Source: Flavobacteriales bacterium
Lineage (GTDB): Bacteria > Bacteroidota > Bacteroidia > Flavobacteriales > BACL11
Assembly (NCBI GenBank): GCA_036012565.1
Contig: DASCPP010000073.1
Location: 1-57,526 of the forward strand
Direction: 5' to 3'
DNA length: 57,526 nt
How positions within the stretch are numbered: position 1 is the stretch's first letter; each line of letters starts with the position of its first letter. Below are positions 8,158-17,660 of the stretch, one piece after another. A program made the translations under genes and the position numbers. The notes under the pieces were generated by a model that saw only the letters and a program-made list of their open reading frames with translations, made no database searches and had not been told where the DNA came from.

Positions 8158-8784
8158 TTGACTTATAGCGATACATTTTTTATTATTCTCACTTTCGATT
8201 TGCTTTTAATAGCACTGCTTAAAGCTTTTTACCAGAAATTTACAAAGCAATTGTTCCTTAGTGTATTTGCCCAACGATATGCCAATCAGTACTTGAAAGA
8301 AGAAAATGCATTTACAGAAAGGGTAACTTTTTTAGTCACAACCATAATGCTGATAAATGTTAGCTTGTTCCTAGCAAGAACTATTTTTGGAGACAGTTTA
8401 AATCCTTTTGATTTTTGGGAGGTATTTATTTTTACGACTATTTTTTTCTTTTCAAAGGCTATTATTATTCGCCTTTTAGGACATGTTTTTATATTAAAAT
8501 CATTAGCAAAGTTGGGTGTATATTTTTCCTTTTTATTCGATAGAGTAATGGGGGTTATCCTTTTCCCCATTGTAGTACTTCTATTTTTTTCTCCCATTAA
8601 TTCTAGCCCTATCTTATTAGTGTTTTCAGTAGTAATTATAGCCCTGTTTTTGCTGATTAAAATTTTCTGGTTATGGAAAATAGGAATAGGAGGCTTTGGG
8701 CTTTCCAGATATTATTTATTTCTGTATATTTGCACCCTTGAAATTTTACCACTTTTAGTTTTTACCAAAGTGGCATTCTATTAG
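8158..8784 (+). CDS. Multi-pass membrane protein, DUF4271-like
   Basis: 208 aa, very hydrophobic, with about 6 predicted TM helices and a TTG start. It lies immediately upstream of a HemD-like gene, a pairing I recall as conserved in Bacteroidota. The family call is from memory. Confidence 0.55.
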   Translation: MTYSDTFFIILTFDLLLIALLKAFYQKFTKQLFLSVFAQRYANQYLKEENAFTERVTFLVTTIMLINVSLFLARTIFGDSLNPFDFWEVFIFTTIFFFSKAIIIRLLGHVFILKSLAKLGVYFSFLFDRVMGVILFPIVVLLFFSPINSSPILLVFSVVIIALFLLIKIFWLWKIGIGGFGLSRYYLFLYICTLEILPLLVFTKVAFY

Positions 8785-8809
8785 AAGAAAACTAAAAAAT
8801 AAAGGCACA

Positions 8810-9577
8810 ATGGAAGGAAGAAAAATAAAGGTAAAATCCATACTTATTTCGCAACCAAAACCAGAAAATGGTAAATCACCTTACTTTAATTTGGCAAAAA
8901 AGCATAAATTGAAGATTGATTTTATTCCTTTTATTCATGTTGAAGAAATAAGTACGCAAGAGTTCAAAAAGCAAAAAATAAGTATTTTAAACCATGATGC
9001 GGTAATTTTTACTAGCAAAAACGCTATGGATCATTATTTTATGATGTGTGAGAAATTAAGAATAAAAGTTCCTGAAACCATGAAATATTTTTGTGTTTCT
9101 GAGGCCATTGCATACTATCTTCAAAACTTTATTACTTTCAGAAAAAGAAAAGTTTTTACAGGCGAGCAAATGTTTTCTCAGCTTATTCCTATCTTAAGAA
9201 AGCACAAGGAATGCATGTTTCTTTTACCATGTTCTGACCTTATAAAAGAAAGGATTGTAAATACTTTGCAAAGCAATGAAATTAATTTCACCAAGTCCGT
9301 AATGTATAAAGTGGTTTGTTCTGATTTATCAGATTTGAAAGATGTGTATTATGATATTTTGGTATTTTTCTCTCCAACAGGAATTACTTCTCTTTATAAA
9401 AATTTCCCCGATTTTAAGCAAAAGGATACTAGAATTGCAGCTTTCGGGCCAACTACCGCAAAATCAGTAGCCGATTATAAACTAATTTTAGATATTGATG
9501 CCCCAAATGAAAAAGCACCATCTATGTCCATGGCGCTTGATCAGTACATAAAAGTATCCAACAAAAGAAAAAGATAA
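8810..9577 (+). CDS. hemD: Uroporphyrinogen-III synthase (HemD)-like protein
   Basis: 255 aa with a two-lobed HemD-like layout (ILISQPKP...AVIFTSKNA...VFFSPTGI...IAAFGPTTA). No other heme genes are nearby. Confidence 0.7.
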   Translation: MEGRKIKVKSILISQPKPENGKSPYFNLAKKHKLKIDFIPFIHVEEISTQEFKKQKISILNHDAVIFTSKNAMDHYFMMCEKLRIKVPETMKYFCVSEAIAYYLQNFITFRKRKVFTGEQMFSQLIPILRKHKECMFLLPCSDLIKERIVNTLQSNEINFTKSVMYKVVCSDLSDLKDVYYDILVFFSPTGITSLYKNFPDFKQKDTRIAAFGPTTAKSVADYKLILDIDAPNEKAPSMSMALDQYIKVSNKRKR

Positions 9578-9595
9578 TTCTCAAAAAATCAAATT

Positions 9596-9625
9596 AAAAA
9601 AAAGGAGAAATTGCTCCTTTTTTTG
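9596..9625 (+). terminator. Rho-independent terminator after the hemD-like gene
   Basis: Hairpin AAGGAG(9602-9607)/CTCCTT(9614-9619) with a 6-nt loop, preceded by an A-run and followed by a T-run. Confidence 0.6.
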
Positions 9626-9650
9626 TCCTCAGAAACTAGTAATTTAACCC

Positions 9651-10025
9651 ATGCAAACTTTTAGTAAACAAGAGCGGCTTTGTGGTAATAAACAAATTGA
9701 CAATCTTTTCGCAACAGGAGAGAGTTTTAAGGAAGGAAGTTTTACGGTAATTTGGAAAACACAAAAGGGGAATCCAGAATTTCCTGCACAAATCATGATA
9801 AGCATCCCAAAAAGAAATATAGCTAAAGCTAATCAAAGAAATTTGCTTAAAAGGTTAGTAAGGGAAACATATCGCAAGCAGAAACAGATTTTATATAAAG
9901 CTTTGTCAAAACAAGAGAAGCAAATTATTTTTGCAATTATTTATTTAAAATCAAATATTATAAAAAATAAAGAAATGGAACTGGAAATAAATGTAGTTTT
10001 AAATCGTTTAATAAAACAACTTTGA
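9651..10025 (+). CDS. rnpA: Ribonuclease P protein component
   Basis: 124 aa and basic. Begins FSKQERLCGNKQIDNLF and carries the RNR-like motif KANQRNLLKRLVRETYR. Immediately followed by yidD. Confidence 0.85.
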   Translation: MQTFSKQERLCGNKQIDNLFATGESFKEGSFTVIWKTQKGNPEFPAQIMISIPKRNIAKANQRNLLKRLVRETYRKQKQILYKALSKQEKQIIFAIIYLKSNIIKNKEMELEINVVLNRLIKQL

Positions 10026-10243
10026 AAAAACTAATAAGGTATATTTTTATCACTATTATAAAAATCTATAGAGTAATGATTTCTCCACTTTTTTCGCCAA
10101 AATGCAGATACACCCCAACATGCTCTGATTATGGGATTCAATCTATAAATAAGCATGGCGCTTTTAAGGGAGGATACTATACAATAAAAAGAATTTTAAC
10201 ATGTCATCCCTGGGGAGGAGACGGCTACGATCCTGTGCCATAA
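10022..10243 (+). CDS. yidD: Membrane protein insertion efficiency factor YidD
   Basis: IKIYRVMISPLFSPKCRYTPTCSDYGIQSINKHGAFKGGYYTIKRILTCHPWGGDGYDPVP is the conserved YidD core. The TTG start overlaps the rnpA TGA (TTGA). The conserved core begins upstream of the first ATG, so the TTG is required. Confidence 0.88.
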   Translation: MKKLIRYIFITIIKIYRVMISPLFSPKCRYTPTCSDYGIQSINKHGAFKGGYYTIKRILTCHPWGGDGYDPVP

Positions 10244-10245
10244 AT

Positions 10246-11916
10246 ATGAAAATTATGAAAAAAATTAAAATAACATTAGTTGCAATTACTGTAATTATTG
10301 CTTCATTTTTATCGGTTAGTTTCACCGATAATTATTTTGAAATTGCCAAGAATCTAGATATTTTCACCTCACTTTACAAAGAACTCAACACCTATTATGT
10401 AGATGAAACTGATCCTGGAAAATTAATGAAAAAAGGTATTGATGCCATGTTGAAATCATTAGATCCTTATACCGCTTACATCCCTGAATCTGAAATTGAA
10501 GATTTTCGTTTTATGACAACTGGGCAATATGGAGGAATAGGTGCGATAATTACAAAAAGAGGTGATTATGTTTTTATCAGTGAGCCTTATGAGGGTTTCC
10601 CCGCGCAAAAGGCTGGGCTTATGGCAGGAGATAAAATTCTGGAAATAAATGGTGTGTCAGCAAAAGGGAAAACGACTGAAGATATAAGTAAAGTTTTGAA
10701 AGGCCAACCCAATACATCTGTCACCCTTCTTATGGAAAGAAAAACCCAAGATAAGCCCTTTGAAGTAAGTTTTGACAGAGAAAAGGTAACTGTAAAAAGT
10801 ATTCCTTATGCAGGATTTGTTGCAGATGGGATAGGATATATAAAACTTAGAAGTTTTACACGAAATTGCGGAAAAGACATAAAAAAGGAATTAGCAAATC
10901 TTAAAAAAGAGCAAGAATTAAAAGGCTTAATTTTAGATTTAAGAGGAAACCCTGGAGGGCTTTTAAACGAATCGGTAAATATCTCAAATATTTTTGTGGA
11001 AGGAGGAGAAGAAATTGTAAGCACTAAGGGAAAAATAAAAGAGTGGGAAAAAGTGTATAAAGCAACGCAAAAAGCAGAAGATTTGAAAACCCCTTTAGTC
11101 GTTTTAATTAATCAAAGTTCGGCATCTGCATCTGAAATTGTATCGGGAGTAATGCAAGATTTAGATAGAGGCGTAATAATTGGAAGCAGAAGTTTTGGAA
11201 AAGGACTAGTACAACAAAGCAGAAAACTTAGTTATAATACTCAGCTAAAAGTAACCATTGCTAAATATTATACCCCCAGTGGAAGATGTATTCAGGCATT
11301 AGATTATTCCAATAGAAATGAGGATGGTAGTGTTGGGAAAATTCAGGATTCTTTGAAAACGGCTTTTAAAACCAAAAATGGCAGAACGGTATATGATGGA
11401 GGAGGAATTGAGCCAGACATTGAAGTAGAACAAGAAAAAATCGGAAACATTACCATTAGCTTAATTAGAAAAAGATTAATTTTTGATTATGCGACAGATT
11501 ATCGTTTTTCACATGACAACATAGCTTCTGCTGATAAATTTCAATTTTCAGATGAAAATTTTGTAGCCTTTCAATCTTTTTTATCAGATAAAGAATACGA
11601 ATATACTACTGAAACGGAAGACGTAGTAGAGAAGCTAAAAAAAATAGCGGAGGAAGAATTGTATTTTAAGGAAATAGATACTGAATATGATGCTCTAATT
11701 GCAAAATTAGAAGTGAATAAAAAAGATGATTTAAATAAATTTAAATCTGAAATTAAAGAGCTAATCACAAGCGAAATTGTAAGTAGATATTATTATCAAA
11801 AAGGCAGGATTATTGCAACACTTCAATTTGACAAAGATGTAGAGGAGGCAATAAAGGTTTTAAAGGACAAAAAGCAATATGATAATATTTTAGCAGGGAA
11901 TACTTCTATCAAATAG
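10246..11916 (+). CDS. S41 family C-terminal processing peptidase (second paralog)
   Basis: Starts MKIMKKIKITLVAITVIIASF (signal/anchor). Has a PDZ-like segment (GGIGAII...GFPAQKAGLMAGDKILEING) and S41 motifs LILDLRGNPGGLL and VVLINQSSASASEIVSGVMQD...GSRSFGKG. Start moved from 10201, which overlaps yidD. Confidence 0.9.
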   Translation: MKIMKKIKITLVAITVIIASFLSVSFTDNYFEIAKNLDIFTSLYKELNTYYVDETDPGKLMKKGIDAMLKSLDPYTAYIPESEIEDFRFMTTGQYGGIGAIITKRGDYVFISEPYEGFPAQKAGLMAGDKILEINGVSAKGKTTEDISKVLKGQPNTSVTLLMERKTQDKPFEVSFDREKVTVKSIPYAGFVADGIGYIKLRSFTRNCGKDIKKELANLKKEQELKGLILDLRGNPGGLLNESVNISNIFVEGGEEIVSTKGKIKEWEKVYKATQKAEDLKTPLVVLINQSSASASEIVSGVMQDLDRGVIIGSRSFGKGLVQQSRKLSYNTQLKVTIAKYYTPSGRCIQALDYSNRNEDGSVGKIQDSLKTAFKTKNGRTVYDGGGIEPDIEVEQEKIGNITISLIRKRLIFDYATDYRFSHDNIASADKFQFSDENFVAFQSFLSDKEYEYTTETEDVVEKLKKIAEEELYFKEIDTEYDALIAKLEVNKKDDLNKFKSEIKELITSEIVSRYYYQKGRIIATLQFDKDVEEAIKVLKDKKQYDNILAGNTSIK

Positions 11917-11917
11917 A

Positions 11918-13303
11918 ATGAGCAGGAACTTATCTTCAAAACTTTTTTTATATAGTTTATTATATATTGCTCTAACCATTCCTTTTCAATGGAAATATCT
12001 TCCTTTTTCTGTTGGGATAACAATGCTTGGTTTAGTCTGGGTTTTTGGCAGTAATTTATCACAGAAAATAAAGAAATTTGTAAAGAATCCTTACGCGATT
12101 TTATTGAGTGGGCTTTATTTGCTTTACCTAATAAGTATTTTATACTCTGAAAATAAAAGCTATGGGTTTACCGACTTACTATTAAAACTCCCCTTACTTT
12201 TATTCCCATTATTTTTAAGCACAACAGATAGTTTGAACAACTCACAATACAAATCTGTTCTGAGAACATTTGCAATCTCTACTTTTTTTGCAGCTATTAC
12301 CACACTTCTAATTGGATACAGTAATTACACGAAAACAGGTCTTACGAAATATTTCTTCTATCATGATCTTACTATTTTTATGCATTCCGCCTATTACGCT
12401 TTGTATGCTTTATTTGCAATAGTAATATTTATTTATCTTTATCGTAAAACCCAAAATAAAAAGAGTAAAATTCTTTACACCTTAATGGCGTTTGGGTTAA
12501 ATATTTTCTTATTTCTTCTTGCATCCAGGATGCAAATTTTAATTTTTATCATATTGCTCACCATATATATATTAATAGTGGCCTTTAAGAAAAAAAGAAT
12601 CATTGCAGGAATTGCAATTTTATGTTTGAGTTATGTTTGTATATTTCTATTAGTTACAACTATCCCTAGGACAAGTGTAAGATTTGAGCAAACAAAAAAA
12701 CATTTGAAAAACATTAATTATGATAAAACAAATACTGACGCAAGAGTGCAAATATGGGATGCTGCATTTACCGTGATTAAAAAGAATTATTGGACTGGAA
12801 CAGGAGTTGGGGATGTAAAGGACGAACTTTTATCTCAATATACCTTATTGTCATCTAACGAGTCTGATAAAGAGAAGGTAATAGATGATAAAATAATTGA
12901 CATTCAAAATAATAAAAAATGGTTTTTGCATATAAAGGAGAAAGCAAAAGAAAATAATATTTCAGTTGAAGACCAGCTTTTTGTAGATGCAATTTTTGTA
13001 TTGGGAGATACGAAAAGTAGGTACAAACATTTTATTAAAAAGGGATACAATTATCATGGGCAATTTTTACAAACATTGTCGGCGGTTGGATTATTAGGAT
13101 TTTTATTTTTGTTTTTTTCACTATTAATCCCCGCTTATAATTTAGGATTGAAAAACAAAAATTATTTATTGCTGGCTTTTTTGTTTATGGTTTTTGTAAG
13201 CTTTATCACAGAATCCATGTTAGAGCGGCAAGCAGGAGTTATTGTATATGCTTTTTTTATCTCGTTTTTAGTTTTTATAAAACCTAATGATACACCCTCT
13301 TAA
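11918..13303 (+). CDS. O-antigen ligase (Wzy_C/WaaL)-family membrane protein
   Basis: 461 aa with about 10 TM helices, a periplasmic loop carrying YWTGTGVGD, and C-terminal TM helices. This architecture is typical of O-antigen ligase-like proteins. Confidence 0.65.
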   Translation: MSRNLSSKLFLYSLLYIALTIPFQWKYLPFSVGITMLGLVWVFGSNLSQKIKKFVKNPYAILLSGLYLLYLISILYSENKSYGFTDLLLKLPLLLFPLFLSTTDSLNNSQYKSVLRTFAISTFFAAITTLLIGYSNYTKTGLTKYFFYHDLTIFMHSAYYALYALFAIVIFIYLYRKTQNKKSKILYTLMAFGLNIFLFLLASRMQILIFIILLTIYILIVAFKKKRIIAGIAILCLSYVCIFLLVTTIPRTSVRFEQTKKHLKNINYDKTNTDARVQIWDAAFTVIKKNYWTGTGVGDVKDELLSQYTLLSSNESDKEKVIDDKIIDIQNNKKWFLHIKEKAKENNISVEDQLFVDAIFVLGDTKSRYKHFIKKGYNYHGQFLQTLSAVGLLGFLFLFFSLLIPAYNLGLKNKNYLLLAFLFMVFVSFITESMLERQAGVIVYAFFISFLVFIKPNDTPS

Positions 13304-14360
13304 TCCTTCTATTAAGGGTAGCTAAAATTTCGTAAGCAATAGTATCCAGATTTTTTGCAATAGTAGCGACCAAATTTTCTTTACTAAATATAGTCACTAA
13401 ATCCCCTTCCTTGGCGTTTGTACCGCTAATATCGATCATAAAACTATCCATACTTATTTTGCCAATAATTGAGCAGGAAGTATTATTTATAAGCACTTTC
13501 CCTTTCCCCTCCCCAAGTTTTCTGTTTATTCCATCCGCATAACCAAGAGGAATTATTGCAATTTTCATTTCTTTTTCAGCAACAAAAAAAGAATCATACC
13601 CTACTTTTCCTCCTTTTTTTAATGTTCTTATTTGAGCCACATTGCTTACTAATTTTCCAATAGGATTCAATTTTTTATCTCCCCCAATACCGTAAAGCCC
13701 AATCCCTAATCGAACCATTTCTTTTTGTTGCTTTGGGAAACGCAAAACCCCAGCAGTATTTAGGATATGTTTTTTTGGAGTTATGTTTAGTTTTTTAGAA
13801 AATGTTTTACAAATAATATCGAATTTTTTGAATTGTTTTTTGGTAAAGTCATCTTTCGATTTATCATTAGAGGTAGCCAAATGAGAACAAATACTTTCTA
13901 TTTTTAGATGAGAGTATTCTACCAGTTTTGAGACTAATAAATCAATTTCATCTGCATTAAAACCATAGCGATTCATTCCAGTATTAAATTTTATGTGCAC
14001 CGAAATAGCTGATGTATTTTTACCAAAAATCTCTAATAATCGAAAATTATAAATTATGGGATCCAAATTATATTTAATAATTTCATTATAGCTTTTTGCG
14101 CCAGGATTTGCCACAATTATTGGCATAGTAATTCCTGATTTTCTTAGATTAACTCCTTCTTCAAAATCGGCAACCCAAAAAGCATGAACTCCTAATTCAG
14201 ATAATTTTTTTGCAATCCTTATATCACCATGTCCGTAGGCGTATGCCTTTACAACAGCAATAATTTTTGTGTCTGATTTTAGCTTTTTTTTAAAGTAGTT
14301 ATAGTTATTTTCTAATGCCCTTAAATCAACATATAGTATGGTTTCATGGTTGATAGACAT
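13284..14360 (-). CDS. alr: Alanine racemase
   Basis: PLP-lysine motif VVKAYAYGHG with full-length alanine racemase similarity. Start set at ATG 14360 (MSINHETILYVDLRAL), 1 nt after the tdk stop. Confidence 0.92.
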   Translation of the reverse strand: MSINHETILYVDLRALENNYNYFKKKLKSDTKIIAVVKAYAYGHGDIRIAKKLSELGVHAFWVADFEEGVNLRKSGITMPIIVANPGAKSYNEIIKYNLDPIIYNFRLLEIFGKNTSAISVHIKFNTGMNRYGFNADEIDLLVSKLVEYSHLKIESICSHLATSNDKSKDDFTKKQFKKFDIICKTFSKKLNITPKKHILNTAGVLRFPKQQKEMVRLGIGLYGIGGDKKLNPIGKLVSNVAQIRTLKKGGKVGYDSFFVAEKEMKIAIIPLGYADGINRKLGEGKGKVLINNTSCSIIGKISMDSFMIDISGTNAKEGDLVTIFSKENLVATIAKNLDTIAYEILATLNRRIKRVYH

Positions 14361-14361
14361 A

Positions 14362-14934
14362 CTATTTCTGATTGTTAAAACATTTTCGGCAAAGTGGCTT
14401 ATATTCCTGTTGCTCACCTAATTTTACCAATTGCTCATCTTTCGATTTTCGAAAGGAATGATTGGCTATTGCACCACAATCCACACAAATAGCATGTACT
14501 TTAGTAATGTGTTCGGCAACAGAAAGTAGATTTGGTATTGGGCCAAAAGGATTACCTAAAAAATCCATGTCTAGACCAGCAACAATTACACGAATTCCTT
14601 TTATGGCAAGTTTATTACAAACAATATAAAGCCCCTTATCAAAAAATTGGGCTTCATCAATAGCAACAACATCCGCATTCTCAGAGATCTTAATAATATC
14701 ATTGGAGCAATCAACCGTTGTAGAATCTATAAAATTATCATCATGGGAAACCACTTTTTCTTTATCGTAACGAGTATCAATTTTAGATTTAAAAATTTTA
14801 ATATTAAGTTTCGCATATTTTGCTCTTTTTAGGCGTCTAAGCAGTTCCTCCGTTTTTCCTGAAAACATGGAGCCACAAATAACTTCAATACTTCCTTTTT
14901 GCATAGGATGTTCTATTTGAGATTCTAAAAACAT
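14362..14934 (-). CDS. tdk: Thymidine kinase
   Basis: P-loop [21 protein letters not shown], and a C-terminal zinc ribbon (CVDCG...CRKC). Confidence 0.93.
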   Translation of the reverse strand: MFLESQIEHPMQKGSIEVICGSMFSGKTEELLRRLKRAKYAKLNIKIFKSKIDTRYDKEKVVSHDDNFIDSTTVDCSNDIIKISENADVVAIDEAQFFDKGLYIVCNKLAIKGIRVIVAGLDMDFLGNPFGPIPNLLSVAEHITKVHAICVDCGAIANHSFRKSKDEQLVKLGEQQEYKPLCRKCFNNQK

Positions 14935-14965
14935 TTTTTAATAACGATTTTTTCTAGGCAATGTT

Positions 14966-14973
14966 TATGTTTG
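14966..14973 (+). promoter_or_regulatory. Candidate -7 box TATGTTTG for the DUF2279-like gene
   Basis: Exact TAnnTTTG, 33 nt upstream of ATG 15007. Confidence 0.4.
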
Positions 14974-14977
14974 CTAA

Positions 14978-14985
14978 CAAAAATA
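14978..14985 (-). promoter_or_regulatory. Candidate -7 box TATTTTTG for tdk
   Basis: Exact TAnnTTTG on the minus strand, 43 nt upstream of the tdk ATG. The spacing is atypical compared with other boxes in the window. Confidence 0.35.
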
Positions 14986-15006
14986 TAAAAAGCAATTGCA
15001 TATCAT

Positions 15007-15891
15007 ATGAAAATAAAGTCTTTGTTTTTCTTTTTTCTTTTTCTGCTGAATGTATTTTTTACCAATGCCAAGCAATCTTTTGGTAATGATTCTATAAAAA
15101 AAGGAAGAATAATTTTGGTAAGTAGTAGTTTGGTTTTAGCATTGGGGGGGTCTTATTTATATATTGAAAATTCTTGGTGGAGTGAAAAAGACACTGCCTT
15201 TCATTTTGATCGTGGAAGCGATAAGGTTTATGCTTTAAATGTAGATAAAGCAGGGCATTTTATGGGGGGATTGCAAGCAGCAGAGTTATTTTCAGAATCC
15301 ATGCGTTGGGCAGGAATGAATAAAAAGCAAGCACTTTGGTATGGAGCAGTATTTGGTTCGGGCTTACAATTAGCCATTGAAATGAAAGATGCCTACGCTC
15401 CTTATTGGGGATTTTCCCCTTTGGATCTAACTATAGGTTCTGCAGGAGCATTTTTACCAATTGCTAAATATTATTCTCCAACATTAAGGGCTTTTGATGT
15501 AAAACTTTCTTATTGGAAAAGGTATAATACTTATTGGGATTTAGAGAGGCAAAGAGGAAAAACCCCTTATAAATATGCTTGGCAAGACGATTATGTAAAT
15601 CAGACTTATTGGCTATCGGTTGATTTAAATCATTTCAATGAAAAATTTCCTGATTGGCTAAATATTGCAATTGGTTTTGGTTTGGATGAAACACAATATT
15701 TGGAGCATAACACTAAAATGGGAGGAAATAACGAATGGTATATTGCTCTTGATTATGATATTCCTAAAATGCTAAAAGGATGGGATTCTCCAATAGCCAA
15801 AAAAATAAAGCACTGGCTGAATTATTTTCATTTTCCGGCACCAACAATAAGAATTTCTCCAAAAACAGAATTTTACCCACTATTTCTATAA
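15007..15891 (+). CDS. Secreted or outer-membrane protein, DUF2279-like
   Basis: Has a signal peptide (MKIKSLFFFFLFLLNVFFTNA), is W/Y-rich, and carries a DKAGHFMGG motif. The family assignment is from memory. Confidence 0.5.
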   Translation: MKIKSLFFFFLFLLNVFFTNAKQSFGNDSIKKGRIILVSSSLVLALGGSYLYIENSWWSEKDTAFHFDRGSDKVYALNVDKAGHFMGGLQAAELFSESMRWAGMNKKQALWYGAVFGSGLQLAIEMKDAYAPYWGFSPLDLTIGSAGAFLPIAKYYSPTLRAFDVKLSYWKRYNTYWDLERQRGKTPYKYAWQDDYVNQTYWLSVDLNHFNEKFPDWLNIAIGFGLDETQYLEHNTKMGGNNEWYIALDYDIPKMLKGWDSPIAKKIKHWLNYFHFPAPTIRISPKTEFYPLFL

Positions 15892-15896
15892 ATTTG
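15889..15896 (+). promoter_or_regulatory. Candidate -7 box TAAATTTG for rsmI, 4 nt from the ATG
   Basis: Exact TAnnTTTG that incorporates the upstream gene's TAA stop, then tagt, then ATG 15901. Confidence 0.45.
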
Positions 15897-15900
15897 TAGT

Positions 15901-16578
15901 ATGTCAAAATTGTATATCATACCAACTCCCATTGGAAATTTGGAGGACATTACTTTAAGATCTATTCGAATATTGAAAGAGGTAGATTTGGTGTTGGCTG
16001 AGGATACAAGAATAACAAAGAAGCTATTTGTAAATTATAGTATTGACACAATTCTAGCTTCTTTTCATATGCATAATGAACATAAAGTTCTTGCAAAATT
16101 TATTGACAGATTAAAAGCAGGTGAAACTTTTGCATTAGTTTCAGATGCAGGAACGCCAGGGATTTCGGATCCAGGTTTTTTATTGGTGCGTGAGTGTGTT
16201 AAAAATAATATTGAGATAGAATGCTTGCCAGGAGCCACAGCTTTTGTTCCCGCATTAGTTAATTCAGGATTGCCATCAGAAAAATTTATTTTTGAAGGAT
16301 TTCTCCCAATAAAAAAAGGGCGACAAACAAGATTAAAACTACTTTCAGAGGAAGAAATGACTATGATTTTTTATGAATCTCCTCACCGAATTGTAAAAAC
16401 ACTAATACAGTTTTGTGACTTCTTTGGAGAAGAAAGATTAGTTTCCGTTTCAAGAGAATTAACAAAGATGTATGAAGAAACTAAAAGAGGATCTATGAAT
16501 GATGTTTTACATTATTTCCAAGAGAAAAAACCAAAAGGAGAATTTGTAATTGTTGTTGAAGGGAAGAAATGGAAATAG
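15901..16578 (+). CDS. rsmI: 16S rRNA (cytidine1402-2'-O)-methyltransferase
   Basis: LYIIPTPIGNLEDITLRSIRILKEVDLVLAEDTR and SDAGTPGISDPG motifs of the RsmI tetrapyrrole-methylase fold. Confidence 0.92.
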   Translation: MSKLYIIPTPIGNLEDITLRSIRILKEVDLVLAEDTRITKKLFVNYSIDTILASFHMHNEHKVLAKFIDRLKAGETFALVSDAGTPGISDPGFLLVRECVKNNIEIECLPGATAFVPALVNSGLPSEKFIFEGFLPIKKGRQTRLKLLSEEEMTMIFYESPHRIVKTLIQFCDFFGEERLVSVSRELTKMYEETKRGSMNDVLHYFQEKKPKGEFVIVVEGKKWK

Positions 16579-17660
16579 ATAAATTTATACATAAAAAGCC
16601 ATATTTGATTGTTGGGCCTTGCAGTGCAGAATCGGAAGAGCAACTTTTGGAAACATCTCATTCAATAAAAGAAATTGCTGATGTTTTCAGAGCTGGAATT
16701 TGGAAGCCGAGAACAAAGCCCAATTCCTTTGAAGGGGCAGGAGAGAAAGGATTACAATGGCTACAAAAAATCCAAAAAGAAACAGGACTTAAAATTGCTA
16801 CCGAGATTGCTACACCACAACATGTAGAACTTTGTTTAAATGCAGGAATTGACATGCTTTGGATTGGTGCCAGAACTACTGTAAATCCTTTTTATGTGCA
16901 AGAAATTGCAGAAGCTTTAAAGGGAGTAAGCATCCCCGTTTTTGTAAAAAATCCTATTCATCCCGAATTAAGTTTGTGGTTGGGTGCTTTGGAGCGATTA
17001 AATAAGGTTGGGATTAAGAAGCTTGCAGCTATCCATAGGGGTTTTTTCTCCTATGAAGATGCTGCATTCAGGAATGATCCGAAATGGGAAATGCCGATAA
17101 AATTAAGAGAACAATTTCCCGAGATTCCTATTATTTGTGACCCTAGCCATATTGCTGGTGATAGCCAGATGATAGAAGAAGTTTCACAAACGGCCATGGA
17201 TTTAAATTTGAATGGGCTGATGATAGAAACCCATTACAATCCTAATGAAGCTTTAAGTGATGCAAAACAACAAATCACACCGAATAAATTATATCAAATA
17301 ATAAATGATTTGGTGCTCAGGAAAACAAACCCAGATGATGATTTTTTAAATATTAAACTAAAAGAATTCAGAGAAAAAATTGATATTTTAGACAGGCAGA
17401 TTGTAAGTATTTTGTCGGATAGAAAAAAGATAGTTGAGCAAATTGCCAATTTTAAACAACAAAATAAAATCACGATTTTCCAGTTGAAAAGATGGTTTGA
17501 GATATTAAGATGCCGAAAAAAAGATGCGATTGATTTTATGATGGATGAAAAAATGATAGCGGAAATTTTTGAACTTATTCATAAATATTCAATTCTTACA
17601 CAAACAAAAATAATGAGTAATACCAATGCAGAAAAAGTGGAAAATAAAAGAAACAGATAA
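16569..17660 (+). CDS. Bifunctional 3-deoxy-7-phosphoheptulonate (DAHP) synthase / chorismate mutase type II
   Basis: N-terminal DAHP synthase (KDO8P-like) region LIVGPCSAESEEQ...RAGIWKPRT...CDPSH. The C-terminal ~90 aa form a helical chorismate-mutase-like domain (LKEFREKIDILDRQIVSILSDRKKIVEQI). Overlaps rsmI by 10 nt. Confidence 0.86.
   Translation: MEIDKFIHKKPYLIVGPCSAESEEQLLETSHSIKEIADVFRAGIWKPRTKPNSFEGAGEKGLQWLQKIQKETGLKIATEIATPQHVELCLNAGIDMLWIGARTTVNPFYVQEIAEALKGVSIPVFVKNPIHPELSLWLGALERLNKVGIKKLAAIHRGFFSYEDAAFRNDPKWEMPIKLREQFPEIPIICDPSHIAGDSQMIEEVSQTAMDLNLNGLMIETHYNPNEALSDAKQQITPNKLYQIINDLVLRKTNPDDDFLNIKLKEFREKIDILDRQIVSILSDRKKIVEQIANFKQQNKITIFQLKRWFEILRCRKKDAIDFMMDEKMIAEIFELIHKYSILTQTKIMSNTNAEKVENKRNR

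Noticed and set aside
10201-10245. Upstream ATG for the second S41 peptidase
   Set aside because: It lies inside yidD in another frame. The signal/anchor sequence begins at ATG 10246, right after the yidD stop.
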